This document shows positions 28,430 through 43,956 of a stretch of DNA of 64,000 bases, one piece after another; positions within the stretch are counted from its first letter, which is position 1; each line of letters opens with the position of its first letter. The DNA comes from Chrysomallon squamiferum (lineage: Eukaryota; Animalia; Mollusca), in NCBI GenBank assembly GCA_012295275.1, contig CM022676.1:13826001-13890000 (forward strand), read 5' to 3'. The translations under genes and the position numbers were made by a program. Under the pieces are notes generated by a model. The model had not been told where the DNA came from, did not search any database, and saw only the letters and a list, made by a program, of their open reading frames with translations.

Positions 28430-29697
28430 TATTCCTGTAGTACTGACTGCCAAGTACTATGTGGTTTAAGTGAAATACTAATACAGTAGATGTGTACAAA
28501 ATTAGGATAAAAAAATGGCTGTTTAACTGAAACTTAAACACAAAATTAAAATGAAATTTTGAAATCTGTGTTAAATATTTTGGATAACTAGTGTTAGGTA
28601 AACTTTCAAGAGATATTGTTCAAAACTGAAATTAATATTAGTTTACATTTATGTATAATTTTTATTTTCTATGTAAAATAATTCTAAATACACTAGATGT
28701 GATAGATTTTCAGATATACCAATACTGGATTTAGTTATTTCATAAATTATTAAACCGAGTAATGTCGAGTATCTATTTTGTAAGATTCTACATTTTAATG
28801 TAAATAATTGTGTAAGAAAAAACCTTAGTAGTTTTAGTCTAATTAATTTCAATAATTTCTTTCTTAAAAAAAATAAAATAAAATAAAAGTAAAAAATATA
28901 AAATAAAATAAAATAAAATAAAATAAAAGAAATAAATAAATAAATACTACTAATAATAATAATAATAAAAATAATAATGAAATGAACTGTTCAGTTGAAA
29001 CAAAATGTTCACTGAAAGTGAGTCGCCATATATACCTGTATCTAATAAAGTAATTAAAGCTGTAATAACACATATATATAAAGATTTCACCTGTTTATAT
29101 TCATTAGAAAACTATTATCAACACACATATAGAAAATCACCAGTGGGCGAGGGGTGAAGTGACTGTTGCTGTTTGCACAGATCTTGTTTAGAGAACCGCA
29201 AAGAAGAATAGATGCTATACATATTTTAACAAATCATTAATAGGAGAAGATAAATTTAAATAGTTCTCCAATACATTTAAAATAGTTATAATTCTCGTAA
29301 CATAAAGTCACTGTGAATTCATGGTCAGAAGAGTATAACAGTTTTATGATACCTTAAAAAATCAAACCAAAAAAAAAACAACAACAAACAAAAATGTTAA
29401 TTCAGTAACAGAAAAATAAAAAGAGAAAAAGAATAAGAATAAATGCTAGTGCTTCTACTACTACTCTGTTGAACTACTACCAATGATAATAAAGTATATG
29501 ATAGACAATTAGAAAAACCTGAAATAAACAATTTGAATTAAATTTTAATCTTAAAAAAAAAAAAAAAAAAAAATAAAATAAATAAAAATAAAAAAAATAT
29601 CGAGATATTCATCATAGCGGTCTAAGGGGAACAACTCTATTTTAGTATCGTGATTTAATTGGAAATTCGCACTTAACAACAAATAAATATATTTAAA

Positions 29698-29737
<40 letters not shown>

Positions 29738-30102
29738 ACAAATCAGTTGTTTTATATTCCCCCATATCGTAAATGATTTTTAAAATTGCTTACCGTGCTT
29801 GAATTCGGAATAGGTACTTTTTTTTTTTTTTTTTTTTTTTTTTGTCTTTCTCTTAATAAAAATCTGCATTTTTTTTTTTTTTATTAATTATTTGAAGCGA
29901 TTTCATTTTTTTTTTTCTTTTTTAATCCATAATTAATTATACACTGCATTAAATCGAAAACAAGTAAAATTATAGTGTAAGGGAAACAACTCTAAAATGA
30001 TGTTTCAACTTACCTATTTCCGTTAACTACGTTTGTTATTCTTTTTATATATATATAATAAATAAATACAAAAATAAATAAATAAATAAATAAATAATAA
30101 AA

Positions 30103-30167
<65 letters not shown>

Positions 30168-30347
30168 GTAAATAAAAAAAAGAAAAACGACAACTATTTA
30201 CATTTATTTAGTATTAGAGAATAAATACAAATCAAATCTTATTTACATTTACTATAACATCAGTAAATTCTTCTTGCAAAACTTTATAGTAGAGTTATTC
30301 CCTTTAGACCTTAAATTTACTTATTTAATTTAATTTTTCATTTTATT

Positions 30348-30434
<87 letters not shown>

Positions 30435-30782
30435 TTCACCTATTATGATCACAGACATATCACTTAAAATTTTTATTTCATTTCTTTATTTTATAACTCT
30501 TTCGTCGTTTTTATTTCTTATTTCTTTATTCAAATTATAAACTGATATATTAAAAGTTAATCAACACACTGACCAGATGGAATAAATTATGTAAATTCCA
30601 AATTGGAGTTATTCCCCTTAGACCGTAAATTTACTTTTCTTGATAATATTTTCTTAGATATAGATAAAAATAAGTTTTAATTTTAGATTTAATTTAGGGA
30701 GATAATTCAGCTATAAATTTTTGATCAATCAATGCAGATAATTTAATTTTTCTTTCTTTTTTGTTTTCAGAAACTGAAACGT

Positions 30783-30849
<67 letters not shown>

Positions 30850-31213
30850 TGATGATGATGATAAATAAAGAAATTAATTAAGTATTTTTCAGTTATTAAA
30901 ACCAAATATGATAAAGCTTTTGCAATTTTCCGTTATTATGATAAGAGAAATATTACTTATACATTTTGTCTTATTTTGTTTATTTTATAACTCTTATTCC
31001 ATGCTTATTTATTATTTCTTTATTTGAATTTTAAATTGATATACTAAAATTCAATCAAAGGACTAACCAGATGGAATAATTATTAAGCAGATTTCTTGTT
31101 TACTTTTCCTTCCTGTTTCTTTTTTTTTTTTTTTTTTTTTTATTTTATTATTACAATTTAAATTTAATAAACATTTTAAGGTTATTCCAAAAAATGGCAT
31201 TTTAGTTTCATAT

Positions 31214-31288
<75 letters not shown>

Positions 31289-32197
31289 TAATTAATTTTA
31301 AGTTGCAGGTTGAGAATCCTCAATTTCAGATTTTAAAGAGTTTAGGATATAAAGAGGTAGCCTGAGTGTAGGATCTAAGTCTAAATACAAACTCTGTTTA
31401 TATTTTATACACAGTTTATGCAAACAGTTTTCAGCTCATATGATAACAGAAGTATAACTTAGACTCGTTGTTTTCCTTTATTTATTTATTTTATTGGAAT
31501 AAATATAAAAATAAAATTAGTTTGTTTTTTACATTTCTTTTTTATTTTATTTCATTAGCTATCACCATCTTTTTCACATTTTTTAGCTTCTGTGATACAT
31601 TTATCATGTCTTATTATTACATAAGAAAGATTTCCATCTTGGTTAATTAATTAACATATTAATATGCACTTCATATACTTCTTTATATGTAGATGATTAT
31701 AATTTCCTACTTGATCTCTAGGAATCCCTTAGGCTGTATCCACTAAAGGCCATGAATGGATTGCAGCAAATTCATTGTAGTGTCAAACCTAGTTTTACAT
31801 CCATTGTGTGTTTAGTAAGTGTTTTTATAACCTTTATTAATTTATTAAATTTACCTTTATTATTTTTGGTTTTGTTTCTGTAGAATTATTCTGTTTGTGC
31901 CATTTTTTTTGATGACATTGTTTTATTATTATTATTATTATAAGTAAATAAAATAAATAAATAAATATTAAAATAAATATTAAAATATGTAAACAAACAA
32001 AATTAACGGGAAAAATATAAAATAAAAAAAACAACACAGACAGACCCCACATCCAAAACCATCCAAAAACAATAAACCAATAAATAATAATAGAATTATA
32101 AAATTTGTCTAATAAAATAAGGAATACAAATATAATTAAAGTTGTTGCTTTATTATTCATAGTAGTAGTTGTAATAGAATTATCATTACAATAATAC

Positions 32198-32230
<33 letters not shown>

Positions 32231-32970
32231 GAAGATAAAAGCCAACAATCCAATAATGAAATGTCTGTCATTTTACTTAGCTATATTAGCCTTCTAATTA
32301 ATTTTAATTTACATTTATGGTAAACTGTTAGAAGAATTATGTACATTTAATTTGTTTACATTTTACTCTCTGTGTAATAAGATTTTGAAATACTAGATAC
32401 TAACACGGTCAGATACAGCAGTACTGGTTTTAGTTATTTCATAAAGGATTAAACTGAAAAATGTAGATAAGATTTTATATTCTAATATAAATAAAGGGAA
32501 AGAAAACTAATTTCAAACATAGCTTTTACTCCCATCGAATATCAGTTTTATTATTTTAAATATGTTTCTTATTTTCAAACATTAAACATTTAAAAATACA
32601 TGTTCCTTGGAAGTAAGTTTCCATACACCTAAGTAAAAGAGTGTTGTAATAAGAAATATATTTAATATGTTTGCCACTATACAAATATTAGAAAGCTAGT
32701 TTTAGCAAATGTATACAAATCTATTAGAAATATTAGTGGGTGTGAAACTGCACTGTTGTTTCACAGAACTAACTAGAAAAGTATTGAACAAGAACATGGG
32801 CCATTTAATCATTATAAACAGAAAACAAATTTTACATATGCCTCCATTACAATTAAATAATCCAAAAGAATAATGATTAAAATATAGTAAATTAATATTA
32901 AAAAGTGTTTAATTATTTTGTGATAAATTATTAAAAGAATAATAATAATTAATGAAATTCTACTACTGTA

Positions 32971-33010
<40 letters not shown>

Positions 33011-33487
33011 CTCAGCATCATACAACAGTAAGAGGAATAAAAATAATAATTAAATCATCACAGAAAAACGAGAAATAAGGATATACAATCAAACATTGTG
33101 AAGATTAGTGTTTAGCATAAAAACAACGGTCTAAGGGGAATAACTCTATTTTAGTATAGCCGGGCTAGTCGAAACGGAAATATCCAAAAGTCAGTATATT
33201 AGGTTTCCAAAAACACACTATTTTTAACTTAAATTAAAAGTAAATAAATAGATAATAAATATAACACTTATTCGAAAAGGAAATAGAGGCAAATTTAAAG
33301 GAATTTAAATTAACGATATCATTAGTAGATGGCAATTCCAAAACTTTAATTTAGAGTTATACCCCTTAGACCGTAAATTTAAGTTCTTGATAAACGACAT
33401 TATACTCTGCGTTTTATTTTCGAATTATTATTATTATTATTATTCCTGCACATATTTCACAACTAGTTATTTTACGTTTCCCATAAA

Positions 33488-33560
<73 letters not shown>

Positions 33561-33630
33561 CAACAACAACAACAACAACAACAATTACAACTGCTATTCT
33601 TAAACTTTTATTTTAGACCGTACATTTACT
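28318..33630. repeat. Dispersed ~21-28-bp motif AAATTTACGGTCTAAGGGGAATAACTCT, ~9 full or partial copies in both orientations (mirrored at ~37690-43265)
   Basis: Copies at 28318(-), 29618(+), 29978(+), 30291(-), 30606(-), 30696(+), 33127(+), 33353(-), 33613(-). Confidence 0.85.
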
Positions 33631-34324
33631 ATTCTTGATGAGGACGATATATTTTGTCTTTCATGTTTTTATTATTTTTTATTTGTATTATAATTAAAAA
33701 TATAGATTTGATTTTATTTCGCATATAACAATAATAACAGAACTAATATTAATCTGAAGTTATTTTAAAACGACAATCTCCTAACATTTCTCGCTTATTT
33801 GGTAAAATGTTGACAATGGGCAAATTCAGTCTTATTAATTATGATAAAATGCTTAGTATAATATAAAAATATTTCTTTATCCAAATCACAAAACTATACA
33901 TGTATTATCAAGTAATAATAGCAAAAATGTGCAACATTTGATGAAATACTTGTTCGACCTATGATGTGATTCGATTGTCAGTACGGAGCAGGAGTAATAA
34001 CACTTTTTTTATATATATATTTTTACAGATTTAGCCAGGCAGAAACTTTCCTAACACTTTACAGTTTGATCCACAGGTGAATCAAATCACATCAGACCAG
34101 CTAAAATCTTAAATTTTTCAGTCAGAGCAAATGTTTTTCTTATTGTAATAGTATAGTGTAAATATATGTGCAGTGAAAATGTTATTACATTTATTAACAT
34201 GGCCAAGAACAGACCCAGCAAACAGAAATAAAGCAGAAATGTAGTTTTATAAATCACAAGTTTTACCCTGACCTTGATAACACCCAATTAAGTAAAACGT
34301 ATTAAAGCTTCTCCATAACACACA

Positions 34325-34366
<42 letters not shown>

Positions 34367-35020
34367 GGTATTTTATAAATAAAAATTTTGGTGACTTTTT
34401 CAAAAGAATACGCCATATTAACATTGTAACACATTCAAACAGGGAAACCATTTAATTACAGTAATAGAACTAGAAATCTCAGACTGTTTAAATATAGTTT
34501 AAAGTGAATGTGCACTGAAATACTTCAATGTAACACTGAATTTCAGTAATCTTATGAATTTTTTAATTCAGTGGGGGAAAAAAAAGAAGAAAAATATAGA
34601 AGAAAATAGTTAATAATTAATAAAATGCCCTGCAACTTATATAATTTTAACTGTTTTCATAGAAGACAAACTATCGTAACTCCCAAATCTGAAAGATTTT
34701 CATTAATAATTTTTTTTTTTATATAAAGTGGTTTTTATTGAAAACGTTCCAGATTTCTAAATAAACAAATATTTTTGATTATCATAATGTTAAAGTTACT
34801 GATTTGAACTTGTCCTTTTCGTCTCCAGTATTTTAGAGACACAAATTAATTCACCGTTTATTTATAAAGAAACCATAAATAGAATAATGATAATGAACTG
34901 TCTAATCTACATAACTGTCGAAACAATAAATTCATTGTCAGAAGACATAATGGGAGTGGTATAGTCAAATATCAAAACGTAATCCACTATATTTTGATAT
35001 TCTATATAATTAATGTTAAT

Positions 35021-35220
35021 NNNNNNNNNNNNNNNNNNNNNNNNNNNNNNNNNNNNNNNNNNNNNNNNNNNNNNNNNNNNNNNNNNNNNNNNNNNNNNNN
35101 NNNNNNNNNNNNNNNNNNNNNNNNNNNNNNNNNNNNNNNNNNNNNNNNNNNNNNNNNNNNNNNNNNNNNNNNNNNNNNNNNNNNNNNNNNNNNNNNNNNN
35201 NNNNNNNNNNNNNNNNNNNN
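35021..35220. other. Assembly gap (200 N, probably a fixed-size placeholder)
   Basis: Exactly 200 n characters. Confidence 1.
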
Positions 35221-35672
35221 CTTTTTATTGTTGTTGTAGTTATTTTTATGACAATCCCATTGAGAAACTCCCAGTGTAACAGAGCTGTAACTAGACTTGG
35301 CTTCTTTAGATTCCCAATCGACAATTTTTTTATCTTTTTTTTTTTTTTTTCTTTATACATATCCCATAATACTTTAGTTTTGTCTCGACTTTCGAACAGA
35401 ATCCCAAGTTTCGACTGCCAAACGATACGTTCCAATGTTAAAGGGTCTCGTTACGTCAGCACACAAAACACAAATACGTAAAAATATGTTTATCAATTAT
35501 GAAACAGCTAACTGTAAGGAATAACCATTGATCATATTCCTGTAATTAGCAAAAAAGCCACTGAAAAATTGGTCATTAATAGATAAACTTGAATTGAGTT
35601 TTGATATCGTGGATTTAACACTGAAAGATGTTTAAAAGATTTTGACAGTTTTCTAAATTTTATATTGTTTAG

Positions 35673-35730
35673 CTATGGCGAAGAGTGGAATCGAGTCTCT
35701 ATCTTCAGCTACGTGTTGTCTAATAACCGT
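35673..35730 (+). other. Candidate isolated 58-nt exon of an unidentified gene
   Basis: tattgtttag|CTATGGCG..AACCGT|gtaagt with strong acceptor and donor. Open as YGEEWNRVSIFSYVLSNNR or MAKSGIESLSSATCCLIT. Confidence 0.35.
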
Positions 35731-36909
35731 GTAAGTAATCTTTGTTTGTAACGTTTCTTTTATTTAGTTCATTGTCTGACTGCTTGGTCTATTTCTCCGT
35801 CAGTTTATCTTTGTATATCTAGTTTTCACTGTTTTCTGTGTTTAACTGTACTTGAGTGGTTCAGTTCATGATCTATTACTTTTTTTCTTTCTTTTTTAAT
35901 ATTATTATTATTATTATTTTCTTTTTTTAGATTTTTCAACACTTTAGTGATCACTGGTTTGCTGTATATCTACACACACCTCACAGACAGATACACCTTG
36001 AGATATGACAGATCTATCAGATTCTTACAACAGACTAAATTATAACTACTATGACCACTATCATTGTTACTATAACTACCACCCTTCCTCTAAATACTAT
36101 TATTTAATAGTAAATACCTCTAATGTTTTGCTCTTATTAAACTAATTATATTATATATTAATGTAAAACGTGTAAGTATTTAGACTCTAATTTCCTAGTA
36201 AAATATATTTTAAAATAAATATGAGATGCTGATTTAACAATAGTCTGGCAACTATATTAACATTAATTATATAGAATATCAAAATATAGTGGATTACGTT
36301 TTGATATTGGACTAGACCACTCCCATTATGTCTTCTGACAATGAATTTATTGTTTCGACAGTTATGTAGATTAGACAGTTCATTATTATTATTCTCTTTA
36401 TCGTTTCTTTATAAATAAACGGTGAATTAATTTGTGTCTCTAAAACACTGGAGATGAAAAGGACAAGTTCAAATCAGTAACTTTAACATTATGATAATCA
36501 AAAATATTTGTTTATTTAGAAATTTGGAACGTTTTCAATAAAAACCACTTTATATAAAAAAAAAATTATTAATGAAAATCTTTCAGATTTGGAGGTTACG
36601 ATAGTTTGTCTTCTATGAAAACAGTTAAAATTGTATAAGTTGCAGGGCATTTTATTAATTATTAACTATTTTCTTCTATATTTTTCTTCTTTTTTTTCCC
36701 CCACTGAATTAAAAAATTCATAAGATTACTGAAATTCAGTGTTACATTGAAGTATTTCAGTGCACATTCACTTTAAACTATATTTAAACAGTCTGAGATT
36801 TCTAGTTCTATTACTGTAATTAAATGGTTTCCCTGTTTGAATGTGTTACAATGTTAATATGGCGTATTCTTTTGAAAAAAGTCACCAAATTTGTTATTTA
36901 TAAAATATC

Positions 36910-37003
<94 letters not shown>

Positions 37004-37757
37004 TGTGTGTTATGGAGAAGCCTTAATACGTTTTACTTAATTGGGTGTTATCAAGGTCAGGGTAAAACGTGATTTATAAAACTACATTTCTGCTTTATTT
37101 CTGTTTGTTGGGTCTGTTCTTGGTCATGTTAATAAATGTAATAACATTTTCACTGCACATGTATTTACACTATACTATTACAATCAGAAAAACATTTGCT
37201 TTGACTGAAAAATTTAAGATTTTAGCTGGTCAGATGTGATTTGATTCACCTGTGGATCAAACTGTAAAGTGTTAGGAAAGTTTCTGCCTGGCTAAATCTG
37301 TAAAATATATATATAAAAAAAGAGTTATTACTCCTGCTCCGTACTGACAATCGAATCACATCATAGGTCGAACAAGTATTTCATCGAATGTTGCACATTT
37401 TTGCTATTATTACTTGATAATACATGTATAGTTTTGTGATTTCGATAAAGAAATATTTGTATATTATACTAAGCATTTTATCATAATTAATAAGACTGAA
37501 TTTGTCCATTGTCAACATTTTACCAAATAAGCGAGAAATGTTAGGAGATTGTCGTTTTAAAATAACTTCAGATTAATATTAGTTCTTTGTTATTGTTATA
37601 TGGGAAATAAAATCAAATCTATATTTTTAATTATAATAATAATAAAAAATAATAAAAACATGAAAGACAAAATACATCAAGAATAGCAAATGTACGGTCT
37701 AAAATAAAAGTTTAAGAATACCAGTTGTAATTGTTGTTGTTGTTGTTCTTGTTGATG

Positions 37758-37806
<49 letters not shown>

Positions 37807-37883
37807 TATTATTACTTTATGGGAAATAAAAATATCTCTGTATTTTTGAAGACGTAAAATAACTAGTTGTGAAATATGTGCAG

Positions 37884-37917
<34 letters not shown>

Positions 37918-38330
37918 TGGAAAATAAAACGCAAAGTATAATATCGTATATCAAGAACTTAAATTTACGGTCTAAGGGGTATAACTCTAAATTAAAGTTT
38001 TGGAATTGCCATCTACTAATGATATCGTTAATTTAAATTCCTTTAAATTTGCCTCTATTTCCTTTTCGAATAAGTGTTATATTTATTATCTATTTATTTA
38101 CTTTTAATTTATGATAAAAATAGTGTGTTTTTGGAAACCTAATATACTGACTTTTGGATATTTCCGTTTCGACTAGCCCGGCTATACTAAAATAGAGTTA
38201 TTCCCCTTAGACCGTTGTTTTTATGCTAAACACTAATCTTCACAATGTTTGATTGTGTATCCTTATTTCTCGTTTTTCTATGATGATTTAATTATTATTT
38301 TTATTGCTCTTACTGTTATATGATGCAGAG

Positions 38331-38370
<40 letters not shown>

Positions 38371-40867
38371 TACAGTAGTAGAATTTCATTAATTATTATT
38401 ATTCTTTTAATAATTTATCACAAAATAATTAAACACTTTTTAATATTAATTTACTATATTTTAATCATTATTCTTTTGGATTATTTAATTGTAACGGAGG
38501 CATATGTAAAATTTGTTTTCTGTTTATAATGATTAAATGGCCCATGTTCTTGTTCAATACTTTTCTAGTTAGTACTTGTGAAACAACAGTGCAGTTTCAC
38601 ACCCACTAATATTTCTACTAGATTTGTATACATTTGCTAAAACTAGCTTTCTAATATTTGTATAGTGGCAAACACATTAAATATATTTCTTATTACAACA
38701 CTCTTTTACTTAGGTGTATGGAAACTTACTTCCAAGGAACATGTATTTTTAAATGTTTAATGTTTGAAAATAAGAAACATATTTAAAATAATAAAACTGA
38801 TATTCGATGGGAGTAAAACCTATGTTTGAAATTAGTTTTCTTTCCCTTTACTTATATTAGAATATAAAATCTTATCTACATTTTTCAGTTTAATCCTTTA
38901 TGAAATAACTAAAACCAGTACTGCTGTATCTGACCGTGTTAGTATCTAGTATTTCAAAATCTTATTACACAGAGAGTAAAATGTAAACAAATTAAATATA
39001 CATAATTCTTCTAACAGTTTACCATCAATGTAAATTAAAATTAATTAGAACAATAGTTCTAACAATATCAGTTGAAAGGTTATCAACAAAAAAAAAAATT
39101 CTCCAAACCAAAAATAAAATATTTAGGACAGAGAATTTACAAATCTTTGCTTTTATTTTGTTTATTCATTTCTGTTAAATAGGTTTTCTTATGCTAAACT
39201 TTGTAGAAATTTAAATTTTACTAGCATATATGACTTTGTAGTCAATACTACTATCATCATCATTATCACCATCATCGTCATCATCATTATAAAAAAGAAA
39301 TACATAGTAAGTGCTGTTAGTATCAGAAACTGCTTTTGGAAATGCTTGGTTTTAGGCCATCAGCCACTTTTAAAAGTAAATGAACAGGCAAATTAGTTTC
39401 ACTTTAAGTTAATTTCATGCCATTTATATTTGTTTTAATAAAATTAAGAGGAAATGTTTTGGACATTATGTTTTGAAAGGCTAATATAGCTAAGTAAAAT
39501 GACAGACATTTCATTATTGGCTTGTTGGCTTTTATCTTCTTTTTATTATTATTTTTATTATTATTATTATTATTACTGTAATGATAATTCTATTACAACT
39601 ACTACTATGAATAATAAAGCAACAACTTTAATTATATTTATATTCCTTATTTTATTAGACAAATTTTATAATTCTATTATTATTTATTGGTTTATTGTTT
39701 TTGGATGGTTTTGGATGTGGGGTCTGTCTGTGTTGTTTTTTTATTTTATATTTTTCCAGTTAATTTTGTTTGTTTATTTATTTTAATATTTATTTATTTA
39801 TTTTATTTACTTATAATACTACTACTACTACTAATAATAAAAAAATGGCACAAACAGAATAATTCTACAGAAACAAAACCAAAAATAATAAAGGTAAATT
39901 TAATAAATTAATAAAGGTTATAAAAACACTTTCTAAACACACAATGGATGTAAAACTAGGTTTGATACTACAATGAATTTGCTGCAATCCATTCATGGCC
40001 TTTAGTGGATACAGCCTAAGGGATTCCTAGAGATCAAGTAGGAAATTATAATCATCTACTTATAAAGAAGTATATGAAGTGCATATTAATATGTTAATTA
40101 AGTAACCAAGATGGAAATCTTTCTTATGTAATAATAAGACATGATAAATGTATCACAGAAGCTAAAAAAATGTGAAAAAGATGGTGATACCTAATGAAAT
40201 AAAATAAAAAAGAAATGTAAAAAACAAACTAATTTTATTTTTATATTTATTCCAATAAAATAAAATAAATAAATAAAGGAAAACAACGAGTCTATGTTAT
40301 ACTTCTATTATCATATGAGCTGAAAACTGTTTGCATAAACTGTGTATAAAATATAAACAGAGTTTGTATTTAGACTTAGATCCTACACTCAGGCTACCTC
40401 TTTATATCCTAAACTCTTTAAAATCTGAAATTGAGGATTCTCAACCTGCAACTTAAAATTAATTAATTTATTATTATTATTATTATTATTACATATGAAA
40501 CTAAAATGACATTTTTTGGAACAACCTTAAAATGTTTATTAAATTTAAATTGTAATAATAAAATTTAAAGAAATTAAAAAATTAAAAAAAAAAAAACAGG
40601 AAGGAAAAGTAAACAAGAAATCTGCTTAATAATTATTCCATCTGGTTAGTCCTTTGATTGAATTTTTTATATCAATTTAAAATTCAAATAAAGAAATAAT
40701 AAATAAGCATGGAATAAGAGTTATAAAATAAACAAAATAAGACAAAATGTATAAGTAATATTTTTCTTATCATAATAACGGAAAATTGCAAAAGCTTAAT
40801 CATATTTGGTTTTAATAACTGAAAAATACTTAATTAATTTCTTTATTTATCATCATCATCATCATCA

Positions 40868-40937
<70 letters not shown>

Positions 40938-41203
40938 ACGTTTCAGTTTCTGAAAACAAAAAAGAAAGAAGAATTAAATTATCTGCATTGAGTGATCAAA
41001 AATGGCACATTTACGGTCTAAGGGGAAATTTATAGCTGAATTATCTCCTAAATTAAATCCAAAATTAAAACTTATTTTTATCTATATCTTAGAAAATATT
41101 ATGAAGAAAAGTGAATTTACGGTCTAAGGGGAATAACTCTAATTTGGAATTAAGTGATATGTCTGTGATCATAATAGGTGAAAATAAAATCATGATGATG
41201 ATC

Positions 41204-41251
<48 letters not shown>

Positions 41252-41473
41252 GTAATAATAATATTAATAAGAATAATAAATAAATAAATAAATAAAATGA
41301 AAAATTAAATTAAATAAGTAAATTTAAGGTCTAAAGGGAATAACTCTAATATAAAGTTTTGCAAGAAGAATTTATTGATGTTATAGTAAATGTAAATAAG
41401 ATTTGATTTGTATTTATTCTCTAATACTAAATAAATGTAAATAGTTGTTGTCGTTTTTCCTTTATTTATTTAC

Positions 41474-41508
<35 letters not shown>

Positions 41509-43143
41509 TATTTATTTATTTTTGTATTTATTTATTATATATATATATAAAAATAATAACAAACGTAGATAACGGAAATAGGTAAGTTAAAACATCATTT
41601 TAGAGTTGTTTCCCTTACACCATAATTTTACTTGTTTTCGATTTAATGCAGTGTATAATTAATTATGGATTAAAAAACAAAGAAAAAAAATTAAATCACT
41701 TCAAACAATTAATATAAAATAAAAAAAATGCAGATTTTTATTAAGAGAAAGACAAAAAAAAGAAGAAAAAAAAGTACCTATTCCGAATTCAAGGGAAAAA
41801 ATCATTTACGATATGGGGGAAGATAAAACAACTGATTTGTGACTTATTTTTCTGTGTTTTTTTGTTTTTTTGTTTTTAAGTTTAAATATATTTATTTGTT
41901 GTTAAGTGCGAATTTACAATTAGATCACGATACTAAAATAATAGAGTTGTTCCCCTTAGACCGCTATGATGAATATCTCGATATTTTATTTTTAATTATT
42001 TATTTATTTATTTTTTTTTTTTTTTAAGATTAAAATTTAATTCAAATTCTTTATTTCAAGTTGTTCTAATTGTCTATCATATACTTTGTTATCATTGGTA
42101 GTAGTTCAACAGAGTAGTAGTAGAAGCACTAGCCTTTATTCTTATACTTTTCCTCTTTTTATTTTTCTGTTACTGAATTAACATTTCTGTTTGTTGTTGT
42201 TTTTTTTTGGTTTTATTTTTTAAGGTATCATAAAACTGTTATACTCTTCTGACCATGAATTCACAGTGACTTTATGTTACGAGAATTATAACTATTTTAA
42301 ATGTATTGGAGAACTATTTAAATTTATCTTCTCCTATTAATGATTTGTTAAAATATGTATAGCATCTATTCTTCTTTGCGGTTCTCTAAACAAGATCTGT
42401 GCAAACAGCAACAGTCACTTCACCCCTCGCCCACTGGTGATTTTCTATATGTGTGTTGATAATAGTTTTCTAATGAATATAAACAGGTGAAATCTTTATA
42501 TATATGTGTTATTACAGCTTTAATTACTTGATTAGAAACAGGTATATATGGCGACTCACTTTCAGTGAACATTTTGTTTCAACTGAACAGTTCATTTCAT
42601 TATTATTTTTATTATTATTATTAGTAGTAGTATTTATTTATTTATTTATTTTATTTTATTTTATTTTATTTTATATTTTTTACTTTTATTTATTTATTTA
42701 TTTTTTAACAAAGAAATTATTTAAATTAATTAGACTAAAACTACTAAGTTTTTTTTTTTACACATTTATTTACATTAAAATGTAGAATCTTACAAAATAG
42801 ATACTCGACATTACTCAGTTTAATAATTTATGAAATAACTAAATCCAGTATTGGTATATCTGAAAATCTATCACATCTAGTATATTTAGAATTATTTTAC
42901 ATAGAAAATAAAAATTATACGTAAATGTAAACTAATATTAATTTCAGTTTTGAACAATATCTCTTGAAAGTTTACCTAACACTAGTTATCCGAAATATTT
43001 AACACAGATTTCAAAATTTCATTTTAATGTTGTCTTTAAGATTCAGTTAAACAGCCATTTTTTTATCCTAATTTTGTACACATCTACTGTATTAGTATTT
43101 CACTTACACCACATAGTACTTGGCAGTCAGTACTACAGGAATA

Positions 43144-43183
<40 letters not shown>

Positions 43184-43865
43184 TGTTATGTTTGTGAATC
43201 AGAACCAAAATAAAAAATGAATGATCATCACAGTTATCTTGCTTTCAGCAGGGAGGTAACTCTAACAAATATCAATGCTGCTTATAATGTGGATCAAACT
43301 GAGAAAAATAAAATGAAAACAACATGAGAGTGTTTAATTATCAACATCATTTATTTGTTTTAAACCGAATAGCTGCTGATGTCCATAATATTTCAAAAAT
43401 AAAATCTACCCTAGCAAATAAATAAATAGTTTTAAAGAGAAAGTGGCTTAGACAGAATAAATGCACTTTAATAAAGAAAGAAAGACAGAAATTTTATTAA
43501 ATACATGTATATGTGAAAAAAACTATCATTTTAAGAATTGTACATATTGTTCATCATGTTTCATATTAAAAGTTAAAACTGATATCAAACCCAAATCCTG
43601 ACAATGCTGGCCTAGGCCTAGACTCTCGTTGTAAAAGTCTGAACAAATAAATAAATACAATTGAAAAAAATTAGAAAAAGGTCAGTTTCAGTTATAATTA
43701 ATTAATAATAATTTTATCTTTTAGTATGTTTTATGAAATGTGTGTTGAGATGAGTTTGTATTTAAATCTGTTCCTAACCTTGATAACACTGGTCATAAAC
43801 CTCTTGTAAACAAAGCCTTGGATTTACTGAATTAAAGATAACTTTAATTTTAATTTTCATTGTTT

Positions 43866-43956
<91 letters not shown>

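Noticed and set aside
28318-33630. Dispersed motif as a CRISPR-like array
   Set aside because: Mixed orientations and irregular spacing of hundreds to thousands of bp
34994-35435. ORFs containing X runs
   Set aside because: Artefacts of the N gap
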